Source: Craspedostauros australis
Taxonomy: Eukaryota
Length of the DNA: 34,887 nucleotides
NCBI GenBank assembly: GCA_030167865.1
Contig: JALAGF010001367.1
Location: forward strand, 1 to 34,887
Direction of reading: 5' to 3'
The notes below the pieces were generated by a model, which was not told the origin of the DNA, did no database searches, and saw only the letters and a list, made by a program, of their open reading frames with translations. Below, in pieces: positions 11,674 through 22,454 of this stretch (its first letter is position 1; the number at the start of each line of letters is the position of its first letter). The position numbers were made by a program, and so were the translations under genes.

Positions 11674-14128
11674 GGTTGCACTTGTTGTTTACTGGTATAG
11701 TGTAGCGACGGTCGGTGGGCGTGGAGGATGGACACGACGAGTTCGGCAGGTGCGGTGGCTGTTGCTGTTGCTGTTGGGGCTGGTGGTGGTGATGCGGATG
11801 ATGTTGGAGCTGTTGTTGCGAGCAACCAACGATGGCGCTACTGCTTGGGTGTTGGACCTCAGGCACAACGGCACACACACGGACCTTTCTTGTCTGTTTC
11901 TTTGGCGTTTGTTGTTGCTCATTCTGTCGCGTTTCGCTCGTGAATGAAAAAAGTAGTATCCGAAAAAGCGGTAAATGCAATCGGATGAATCTATCGTTCA
12001 TATTGCTTCGACTGGATGGATTACAGTGCAGAATCGCACGTTTCGATTCAATCGTGCACCTGAACTATGGGATCAACGGTGAATTACTGAATCATTTTGA
12101 CTATTGGGTTGTATATGGAAGTTTGAGGTAATATCGATGTATCCGAACTAACTTTCAACATCGCTTTGCGCGCCACCTCGGCGAAGTTCCCACCACGATG
12201 ATCCAAGATGGAAGAAGCATGACCTCTCAGAAACCAACACTGGGGTTTCTACACTCCTCCAAGGGCAATCTGATCGTTCGTCCACCATACCAATACCAAC
12301 AAATCACTGTGGGTGCATGTGTCTCCACCATGCTTGGTGGCACACGTGATATCGCACGGCACTACCTGCAACCCAATAGATAACACCCGGGTGGAATCCG
12401 CAGAGCAGATCTCTCAACACATTCAAGCACACGCAAGCACGTACGCATCCATGCATTCATGCATGCACGTCCACGCGTTGCTTGGCTTTTCCAAGTACTC
12501 GTACGAATAGAGCATATGGAGATTCCTTGGAGATACTTTGCTCTCGAGCAATCTGTTCTGCTCTTTCCTATTTTGCTGCTCCAGCTCGAAGTCCGTGGTA
12601 TTGGTCGGAAGCTTGGGGGATAATTTGCAGCGCGTCCAAATATTCGCCGGGAATCGAACTTGCTCCATTACGATTCTCAAATCGGCAATGAGGAGCCATT
12701 GATGCGCGACTGGATTGAAGTAGTTTGGAGGGATCCACTTCTATTCCATAGCATTCCATGCCACCGACGTCGATGGTGGTGGCGCCGGTTGCGGCCTCTG
12801 GTCGTCTCCATTCCGAGATCGAAGACGCATTCAGCTCTTGGTAGGTTTCTGTCGATGGCGATAGATGTTGGAGATGGCGAATTTGAAGAAGAAGCGAAGA
12901 GAACGATAAGATCCTCCGTCCTACATTCCTTGCTTCCATTTATGCCAGAAGAAACCCCGATACGTGTTCACCACCACCAAATCAACCCTCACATTTTGAA
13001 AGAAGGATGGCGAATGGTGGTGGTGGCTGGAGGCAACAATCAACCCGCTGGTCTGGGATGAATTGTGCTCTCACTGCACGGCGGTCATGGTGTGAGGTGT
13101 GAGTGTGAGGCTTGGTGTTCGCGTCCCTCTTCCCCGCCGTTTCGCTCTCAGCGATGGACTGATAGATCGGTGGGTTGATGAATGGATGGATGGATGCGCG
13201 TGGTGACGGCATCCTCTCTCTTCGCTTTCATCACGCGAATTGGGAGATGGCAAACACCACGACCAAGGAGAGACTCAATGGCGGGATGACCGGAGTATCC
13301 CCTGCCTCTGTGAAAGTATCGTACGAGTAAGCAAGCATGGCAGAGTGGAGTTGAGTTGAGTAGATTGCTCTACTCTATTGTGCTATCCCTATTATTCCTC
13401 CATTTCTGTTGTGTTCGTGATCGTCCTTGCCTTTCTGCCCGGTCATCTGCTACATGTCAAAAGACGCATTGCGAATGATGCCACGGGATGACCATGGCCA
13501 ATGCCGGGTATGCCTTCCATCAGACCGTCGCGAAGAACTCCAGAGTGGCGTCCGGAGCGTGTGTCGGCGACACTTCGACAGGTGTTCACCCTTCGGCCCC
13601 TCTGTCGACGGTCTGGACGTATTTGTCGCGCGTCTCTGCTCACATCACCGCTCGGCGAAATCGAATCATCTAGTCTTCGTCGATGAGGCGTACTTACTTA
13701 CGCTCGTTCTGTACGAATAGTATGCACCAGCAGAGGAATAGCGTGGATTTTCTCAACGTGCACGCTCATGCATAGTTTAATAGCTCGTAGAGCGGGGTAG
13801 AAGACATTGCATGAACTCGTGCCTGGTGCGTCTGGGTGATCGGTCTGACACCGTGAAATGAAAACAAGCAGAGAATAATTGAATAGAATAGAATAGGATG
13901 CTGCAGCGGAGAGTATTGATAGGTACGTGGGCGACTTCTCGTGCAAATACCCCAACCACGCGCACACGAGCTAGAAAGTGTAACCAAGGTTTCTTCCATC
14001 AACACAGCCCCGCGGTGTTTGAAGGTCATCAACAGCAATGGGCTTTCTCCATGGTCCGAAGCAAGATGGTGGTGGCGTATACGGCATTCGTGACTTCTGC
14101 TGGAGCATGCGCGGCGTAGCAGTGCTCA

Positions 14129-14130
<2 letters not shown>

Positions 14131-14160
<30 letters not shown>
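14131..14160. repeat. (GA)15 microsatellite
   Basis: Seen directly. Confidence 0.95.
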
Positions 14161-14163
<3 letters not shown>

Positions 14164-14638
14164 CAGCCTGCCTGCACGAGAGTGAGCTCGAGCGCGTCTG
14201 CTGCAAAGACGTTCCGGAAATTCATCACCTGGGTCCTTGCGTGAAGCTTCAATTCTGTCCGCGATATTCCGGTTGTAGCAGTCGTCAGACCTGTGCTGCT
14301 GACGTTGGAGCATACCATACTCTTCTCTTACTTCTACTGCTCCTGCTGCTACAACCACTGCTGATGCATAGATCGTACTAGTACTTTACTCTATGCTATT
14401 GTATGTTGCTGGTGCACGAGCAGGTATTCGAAGTATGGTACCTACTCGCATGCATGGTAGCGATTCTTCGATTGGTGGCGGTGGGACTATACTTTTGTTT
14501 TGTTTCTGATTCTATTGTATTACTTTGTACGTATGTGAAGGTAGTAGCTGTGGCTGCGAAAGTGACTTGCGATGTCAAGTCATCAAAGGTACTTGCACTG
14601 GTGGGGCATGTGGCAGATGAGGATCGTCCTGCGCTGAT

Positions 14639-15379
14639 TTAGGCAGAGACGGAGCTTCCATCCGATGAGGAGGATGTCTCAGAGTCGTTGGTGTTGCGCT
14701 GGCTTGATCGGGTGGTCACACGGGCAACAGACTTGGCGTCCTTCTCTCCCATGCGGATGGCGAGCTTGACGCTCTTTGCGGAAGCCTCCATGCACGCAGC
14801 CGCGATGGCAACTTCGTCTCGCGCGCACTCGTCGGCGTCGCGCTGGGACTCTTGCATGTCGAACACCGCCTTCCTAGCTTGCGTGATCATTGCCTGGCGA
14901 CGTTCGACCTCCTTCCGGGTGCGGCATTCCAGCCCTCTGCGTGTATCGCCCTTCACGACCTTGTCCTTGTTCATGATTCGAACGACGCGGACAGCGTCGG
15001 ATCGGATCTCGTTCATCTCGTCCTTCGTGGTCCAAGTGTTGACCTTCTCCTCGTCGGTGTAGTCGCAGCGACGGATGGTTCTTCGCGCGCGGGTGCGTGG
15101 GGCGAAAGTGACGCACTTCGTCGTCTTCTGCTTCTTGCGAAGGCTTGGGTTGGGCGTGGGCGCCAATGTTGCCGGTGGTGGTGGGCAGGCCGGAGCGGAG
15201 ATGACTCCATCCTGTTGAGGCTTGCCTGTTGTAGATGTTGTCATCATGGCAGACGAACAGCCATCTTCGCGGCGCTGATGCTTCTGCCCCTTCTTTTTGG
15301 AAATGCTGGTTGTAGCGTTGTTGTTGATGGTGCTGCTGCTATCGGCTTCGATCTTGTTGTAAGAAGAAAGTGGCATCAT
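14639..15379 (-). CDS. Uncharacterised diatom-type protein (246 aa), paralog of 1604-2146
   Basis: Same conserved core (KCVTFAP, DY.DEE..W, RRGLECRT, AVFDMQE) and a CA-rich 5' leader like other genes in the window. Confidence 0.8.
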   Translation of the reverse strand: MMPLSSYNKIEADSSSTINNNATTSISKKKGQKHQRREDGCSSAMMTTSTTGKPQQDGVISAPACPPPPATLAPTPNPSLRKKQKTTKCVTFAPRTRARRTIRRCDYTDEEKVNTWTTKDEMNEIRSDAVRVVRIMNKDKVVKGDTRRGLECRTRKEVERRQAMITQARKAVFDMQESQRDADECARDEVAIAAACMEASAKSVKLAIRMGEKDAKSVARVTTRSSQRNTNDSETSSSSDGSSVSA

Positions 15380-16448
15380 GTTGATTGTCGTTGTTGTTGT
15401 CGTTTGTTGGGACGGTGGTAGGCTGGTGTTGTTTGTTGTGTGGTGGTTTGAGTTTTTGTTCGTGCTGACTTGTGAATTGTGAGAGGAGATAGTGCAAGAT
15501 GAAGAAATGCACGAAGCAGTGACGAACTGTTGACAGTTTGCGTTCGTGCGTTTGCCACAAACAAGTTTCCATTTTCGCTCATGTGGGTGAAGCTTTGCGG
15601 TTAGTCGTTTCTCGTGTTGGTTCTTTGTTTCATGTTGCGATGTGGAGAAATCGGCACTGTCTTCGGTGTAGGTGATACATGCGATGAATGCGGCGAATCA
15701 TGTAGTCATAACGCACTCAGTGAAGTTCCGTGTGTGAATGTGAGTGTCGCCGGTTCGTGGCGATGCGGAAGAAGCTTGCCCAGGTAGATGCCTATTCGTA
15801 GATTCTGCCCATCGCGCAGTTTGTGCATTTCTGTTTGAATTGCCCAGCAGGAACTCTGCTGCGCCGTCTCGCTTTGTGTGAGCGAAGCGTTGCCCCAACA
15901 CGCTTTCATGGATGTTTCTGTTTCGGATTATGTGTCAACGCAGTTGAAGGATAATATGTGAATGACATCTGGCTTCGTTGTCACCTCAACAAGCAGCTTG
16001 GGCTCGCGTGAATGAAGTTGGATGCCGTTCGTTATGTGACCCTTCGGAAACGCACAAACGCGGAGAACGCTCATCGGCATATATAATTTCAAATATGCCG
16101 ACTGTTTCACGAGCTCTCCACATCCAACCTCACAATTTGGGCACAGCGGTGCTGCCATGATGGCACAACATCTCACAACCTCCGCCAAAAACTCCCCTTC
16201 ACAGACAAGACACTCTCCCACCAACAGACTGGAAGGAAGGAGGTCGTCATGACAGAATGCAGACAGGGAAGCACATTGGATTGGCTTTGGTTGGGTCGTG
16301 CTGGATGCTTTCAACGAGTATCACTCTGGGCACACCGTCACGGACGATGAAACCAAAGGAGCTATTGCAACCAAAACACCAACATCTTGGGCAGCGGCAA
16401 ACCAAAGAGTCAGAAATGGTTGGAGATGGACACAACCGAAACAGGAAA

Positions 16449-16503
16449 CGAGTCGAGTCGAGTCGAGTCGAGTCAAGTGAAGTAGAGTAGAGTGGAGTAG
16501 AGT
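16449..16503. repeat. (CGAGT)n / (AGAGT)n pentanucleotide microsatellite
   Basis: cgagtcgagtcgagtcgagtcgagtcaagtgaagtagagtagagtggagtagag. Confidence 0.85.
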
Positions 16504-17402
16504 TCAAGGGGGGCGCTGTTTGTACTTCCCAACCTGGCCACTGTTGATGCATCCAACCCGCGCTGCGAATGGGCAACGCAGGAGGTGCTCCTATCACGCG
16601 TACGATTAGGAAGTATAATACATCTCACGACTTGACCCTATCCTGACCTCTCCTTCGGATGCTGATGCTCGTGGTGCTGCTGCAGATTGATTCTCAGGCT
16701 GATCCTCGCCAAGGTACCACGATCTAGTCTTGCCAGACTCTATTCGCAAACACCAATGTACTTGCATGTACTCGACGAGTAGCTCGTGCTCCATGCCCAA
16801 CGACAATCTTCGTTGGTGAACAAGAGGACTTCAGAATCGAAACCTGAAACGCAGTGGTTCGCCGAGGTCGTGTCCATCTCCGAATCCACCCTCGGGATTG
16901 AAGCAAGTTTGCACTGTAGTTGTGGGCACTATTCTGGAGGTGATACTCGTAAAAGTGATTCGTCCTTAGGTATCTGTTGGGTGTCTGATCTTGACACGAA
17001 CTTGCGCAGAGTAGACGACGATGCTCTATTCTGCGCTGGTATGTGCGACATCGCATGCACTCAAAGCTCGCAGGCAAGATCATTCCAGATCAGAACGAAT
17101 CACGACGAAAGTTTGGGAGTGTCATGTTCTGCGATCCGTTGTGTTTTGTGTCGCTGTCTCTTTGCCGCGGAGGTCGTAACAGTTCACTCCAGATCAGGGG
17201 TGTCATGCGTCGAGCAGTTGAAACCACATCGTAGTCCGTCGTCGTCTCTACTCGTACAGTATTCATGCATGTAGTCCAAAGAGTGCTTCTCCTTGTTGTA
17301 AATGTACCAGTGCGCACAACAAAACTACGACACTACAACATGGATGAGGGGTTCTGCTGTTTTGTCACAAAGAGTCTCGTGATGGTCGATGAAAGTCAAC
17401 GC

Positions 17403-17438
17403 GAACATGAACGTGAACGTGAACGTAAACGTAAACGT
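17403..17438. repeat. (TRAACG)n hexanucleotide repeat
   Basis: gaacatgaacgtgaacgtgaacgtaaacgtaaacgt. Confidence 0.8.
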
Positions 17439-18599
17439 ATGACCCCATTCAGGATACGATAGTATACAAATGCGGATTTTTAATATTTTTTCTTAAATAG
17501 TCCTATTATGTTGTAGATAGTATATGGGTGAAGTTACAAGCTTCTGGGCCTTGTAGTTAAAAAGTTTATATTTTTCGCATTAATCTACGGCTAGACACGT
17601 GAGGCATGCGAACGTAGAGGGGCAACTTGGATTCGAAATTCTCAGTCGTGCTTTGGCCAATGTCCAGTCGTGTCCTTCGTCGACACACTCACATTTCGCG
17701 TGGGTGAGGCGGGTTGTTGCGAAACAATGTCGAGGATTGCGCAGTGGCAGTAGGCATGCTGAAGTTGCTGCTTCATCTGGGCCGTGGATCAGTTGTCGAG
17801 ATCCAGAGTTGTGGGTTGGTGTGTAATCCAAATCCTGACCCCCCACCAAGACTGTCACACTGCCTTGTTCTCGGTTCCCCCACCGCTCATGGCCCAGGAC
17901 ATTGAGCTTCGTCCACGTCCCAATCAGCACACACTGCCTTCCCTCCATACGCCTACTCTATTACAGCCTCATCCTTGCTTCAGGTCTATTCCCTGCCTGT
18001 GTGTTTGGACCTCCTCTCTGCTGGTCGTCGCGAACAGTCATTGTTGGCTTCTGGCTGTTGTTCATCTGCTCTCCTCTCAATTTCTTGTTTCAGTGTCAGT
18101 GAACCTGCAAACACTCACATCACAACACCATAAACAACAAGAAAACAACACTACCGCCACCAGTCTCTTTCCACACCATGCCAATGGCTTAGTAGATGGC
18201 CATGGCGTCCCATGTCCATGGGAGCAAAGCAGGTTCAGCAGGACTTTGTATTTACAAACAAACCTAAGTGTTCAACAAAATTATATTTTGCATACCAAAG
18301 GATAAGTCACTGTGCTCCATTGCACTATACATATAACTCATGGATTAAGTTGATTAGTGTGTGCCCAGCCTGCGCTGGAGGCTTTTTTACACCGCCCGCT
18401 TTTATCTCGTGTAGGGCACAAGGCAGAACGGCTATCGAGTCAATATGTATGCATGCTCAGGGGATCACGACAGCCTCCACCTATCCTGCTCTCCACTCTT
18501 TGCGGCTCTCTGGTAATATGTAAGGTGTATGTATTTGTGTACTCACGCAGGGAAATCCAGGGACAGCCTTGTTCACGATGGCCAGCTACCGCCATCGGT

Positions 18600-20870
18600 G
18601 GAGCCAAGTTCGGACTTCAACAGGAACTTATTGCCTGGTATCTGCAGCACTCGGTGCACTTGTCCAAACCATATTGCGACCGTTCCCATAGCTGTGGATC
18701 CTTTGCCTGACATCTGCAGTCAGGCCCACACAGCCATGCTTGCCCCTTGTAGTTGCGCTGCATCTTGCAGGGTGGAGCTGTAGTCTTGCACCACCTGCCT
18801 CATGTGAGCCTCTGGCCCCTCATCAGTGCGATGCATCTCCTGATTGTGTTGGTGCCAATGCTCCCACACCACTTTCCAGAGCTTGCGCACAATTCGTGCC
18901 GCCCACCTTGCTGTGAACAGCCTGCGACCGATTTGCGCATAGTACTGCTCCTGTAACTTGGTCTATGACCTCACGATCACACCTGTGACCAGCCAATCCC
19001 ATCCCACCTCCTGTTGATTGTCCATCAGCTTTGTCTCAGCCCGGTTTGCGCATATGTGTCCAACAGGTCCCAGCCCTCTCAACACTTGCTTGACATTGCT
19101 CAACTGTATTTTTGCAATGGTAGGATGAGTCGGCATCTTCTGCATTGTGCTTCTCAGCCGTTTCTGCTGCACTTTCCAAAACGCCATCGATTCCGGTGAG
19201 CAGCAGGCCCAGAGGTGGCCATGAGTTTCCATCTCGCTGCACCTGGGGCAGCTGTCACTCGTCCTCGCCTTCCACTGAACCATCCGGATTCCCACAGCCA
19301 CCTCCTGTATTGTGAGCTCCATGATGAGCACCCTCTGTGTATTGGTGAGCTCGCCTGCCACCCGTCATTGCGCACTTTTGTTGGCATCACCACCAATCAC
19401 CTCCATGCCTCGCTTGCGCCTGACCCTCACCATGTCCGCCTCCACCACATCTCTGACAACCCTGGCATATGTGATGCTTGACCTGTGAATGCCTTGTCTT
19501 GCAATGTGCCACGATCACGTCCCTGTGTTCTGGTGAGAGCTCCATGCATCGCCCTCTTCGAGCATTCGCCATCGCTGTACCGCGAGCCGATCGGTAATGA
19601 CATTCATACACTCCCACACATCAAGTTCATCAGGCTTCTTGTGTTCGTCCTGTTGCCCATGCACGTGTCGTCCCACAAATGTTATACTCAGCTGGCTTCG
19701 GACCCTCATGGCAGCCACCATCATGTCGTGACCAGGACTTGCCAGATCCAATTAATGTACCCACTCCAGTACCTTCAGGGCTTGCAGGTTGTCACAGCTT
19801 CAGCGCCCCCATCCGCCTTGTATTCCAAACCTCTCCTCCATTTCCCAAACCGTCATCAGTGCACCGTAGATTCCCGCCAACTCCGCTCGCTGGGACGATG
19901 TCAGGTCCTCCCTCCGTGGAGCCTCAAAGGTTCCAAACACCATCACCTCCAGAGTCTCATCAATGGCCATCGCCCATGCCGCCATTCCCTTGTCATTTCT
20001 GCCAGACCCGTCACTTCTGCCAACCGCCGTCTCTTCTCATATACTCTGGGCCATATCTCCAGTCGACCTCGCATCTGATGTGTTTCACAGCCCACAACTT
20101 GGCCTCGCCAAGATCCTCCCAGACACTCTCCATCCCCTGGGAATCTGCCACCGTGGTATCATCCCATTCGCCAACTGTCAGCATCCATATGCCATCTCCT
20201 TGCCTGTAGCCATCCACAGGGACCCTTCTCCATTCCTCACCACTGCTGGCACCTGCCAACACAGCTTCCTTCTTGACTTCATCAGAACCTCCCTCCATTC
20301 CATCCATCCATCGCCATGGACCTGAAGCCTCCCAGTTTGCTCATTCTACCTCATGGAGGTCGCACTGCCTGCCCTGCTCCACTTGCCCAGCCGTAAACAA
20401 TCCTGAAGCATGCTATTCTGACCCAGCATCTCCTTGAGCTTGGACCTCCATGTTGCCCAATACGCTTGCTTGAGCCGCCCAACTCCAGGCACGTTCACTT
20501 CACTGGCTTCCACCATCGCTCCATCATCTTCAAGGACCGCCTTCAGAATGCCTGTTCCGTCCGCCGTAACAATCTCAGACATCCAGAACAACTTCATTGA
20601 CCTTTGACACAGATTCACTTGTCGCATTTCCTCCCTGTTGCACAGCTCCGCAATGGTTTTCATTATTGGGCGATCACCCTGCCTCCTCGGTTGTATCAGA
20701 TCCTCCACCATTCGCACTTCCAGCTGTGCTGCAGATGCTTATTTGGCCACACTTGCCCACCACGACTGTGGAACCACCATTGACCACTTGCTTCCTACCG
20801 CCTGGAAGATTCGCATTGTACCTGCACTTGTCGCCACGGCCTGGTAGGATGCTCGCAGGAGCCTCCACCA
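18600..20870 (-). pseudogene. Disrupted C-terminal part of ORF2 (post-RT region, RNase H, zinc knuckle) of the degenerate element
   Basis: Motif matches listed for the element, spread over several frames. Boundaries are approximate. Confidence 0.85.
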
Positions 20871-22287
20871 TGCATTGCTTCATGACCGACTTGATAGGCT
20901 TGTCGAGCGCCGTCCCTTTTCGACTGGTGTGCGTCGTGAACGAGTATGCACTTTTGTCGTCAAGCGCCAGCAGTCGAAATGACGATCCTTCCACCACTTC
21001 GAGTCCTTTGATCTTGACATCCAGAAATTCGTCTGCCACCATCAACATCAATTCGATCTGGAGCACCACGTACTTCCCGGTCTCCTCGTCGTACTGCACC
21101 TGATGCACCTTGGCTTGCTCAGTCGGAGTGAACCAGTTCGCGCTGGTGGCTCCCACTTCCCACGTGCACCTTGCTGCCAGGGTGTTTACGATCCCCTCTG
21201 CCCTCACCAGATGCTCTGGGAACATGTATGCGTAGGCGGTGTCGGTCTCGCCATTCCAGGGCACCTCCTGCTTGTCAATGTGGATAAACACCGGCCTCTT
21301 TGTGATCAGATGCACCTGATTGGCAAGGTTCGATCTCAGTGGTTCCTTGGATCCGTCGTGTCCAGCTCATCAAATTGTTTGACCCCTCTGATCGACACTT
21401 CCACCATCCTTCCCATTTCCGCTTTGCGTTTCTGTAGCATCTTTGTGGCTGCCACTCCATCTGGGCCCAACGTCATTGCCATTGGATGGGGGATGAATCT
21501 GTTGCAGAGTTCTCCTGACCCAATCTTGGAGATGTCATCGAACATCTCGCAGAAGATTTTGGCGATTCTCACATGGATGCGGATGTCAGCTTCAAGCCTG
21601 AGAGCTTGCCAAGGTTGCACCTTGAAACTCCTCCCCATAGCTTTATGAGCATCTCGCCATTCCTGGCTGATCATTCCGTCCGCCCTGACTCTTCCCCCAA
21701 CTTTGCCGTCGACTCCTGCAGCCTTCAGACGCTTGTTGATGATGGCACATATAGCAGGTCCATTGGAAAAGTTCCCCATGTAGGTGAGCATTCCAATTTG
21801 CTTTGTGTACTCCACTTCATCCAGCAGTCTCTTTTACAGAGTCTGTCGAGTTGACTGGTAGAAGAAACTCAGCTGCGATCCTGACTTTGACACGATGCCC
21901 TTTGGATCACATGTCATAGCAATACGCACTTGTGCCACCACCGTTCGACCATTCAATGTTGCCTTCGTTGTGCTCATGTACACCATCAGCTCCTTCTCAG
22001 TCGTTGGGAATTGGTTGGCATTGCCAATCGCCTTGTTGGCGTCTTGTACCTTCCACACCATGAGAAAAATCGTGTCATCATGATCCTTGAGCGCCCCTAG
22101 CCATTCTTAAGTGGCTTCAGATACCTCTTCTCTGGATTGCCGCCTGATATGACTGGTACTGTCAAGTCAAATCTCTTCGCTACCATGCCTTTCTTCAGTG
22201 TATGCGTGGTCTTGCTCTCCACGGATGCATTGCTATCACTGGCTTCATCCGATTTTGCACTGCTTGTGCTCCCTGTTAGAGCACTAT

Positions 22288-22454
22288 CAAAAAATCATGA
22301 GGGGAGAGCAAAAGCAAAGTACCATGCCAGGATTCGAACCAGGAACCTCAGTTAGAATTACTGGTGCTCCACTGTTGAGCTACAGGCGATGCGATTGCTG
22401 ATCCGAACACAAGTGAAATTTATAGATAGTGGGGGCTACGGGAGTAACGTACTT
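22288..22454 (-). mobile_element. 167-bp insertion carrying a tRNA-like Pol III cassette, flanked by 8-bp TSD AGCACTAT (22280-22287, 22455-22462)
   Basis: Removing the insert plus one repeat restores ORF1 (…KPNSA|LTGSTSSAKSDEASDS…KRFDLTVPV). Confidence 0.8.
22320..22389 (-). pseudogene. tRNA-like sequence (degenerate; anticodon loop resembles Arg-TCT)
   Basis: Minus strand: TCGCCTG TAGCTCAACAGTGGAGC ACCAGTAATTCTAACTG AGGTT CCTGGTTCGAATCCTGG CATGGTA. It has a box A-like motif and a perfect box B (GGTTCGAATCC), but a mismatched acceptor stem and a non-canonical anticodon loop. Confidence 0.75.

Noticed and set aside
12400-14400. Short ORFs between RPS7 and the 14639 gene
   Set aside because: Could not assemble a credible spliced gene, and no protein family was recognised.
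15700-17320. Cys-rich and other short ORFs, possible decayed gene or TE
   Set aside because: No recognisable homology or terminal repeats.
17460-17594. AT-rich tract with TACAAG/CTTGTA hairpin and downstream CTAG, resembling a Helitron 3' end
   Set aside because: The hairpin is weak and too far from the CTAG, and no matching 5' end was found.
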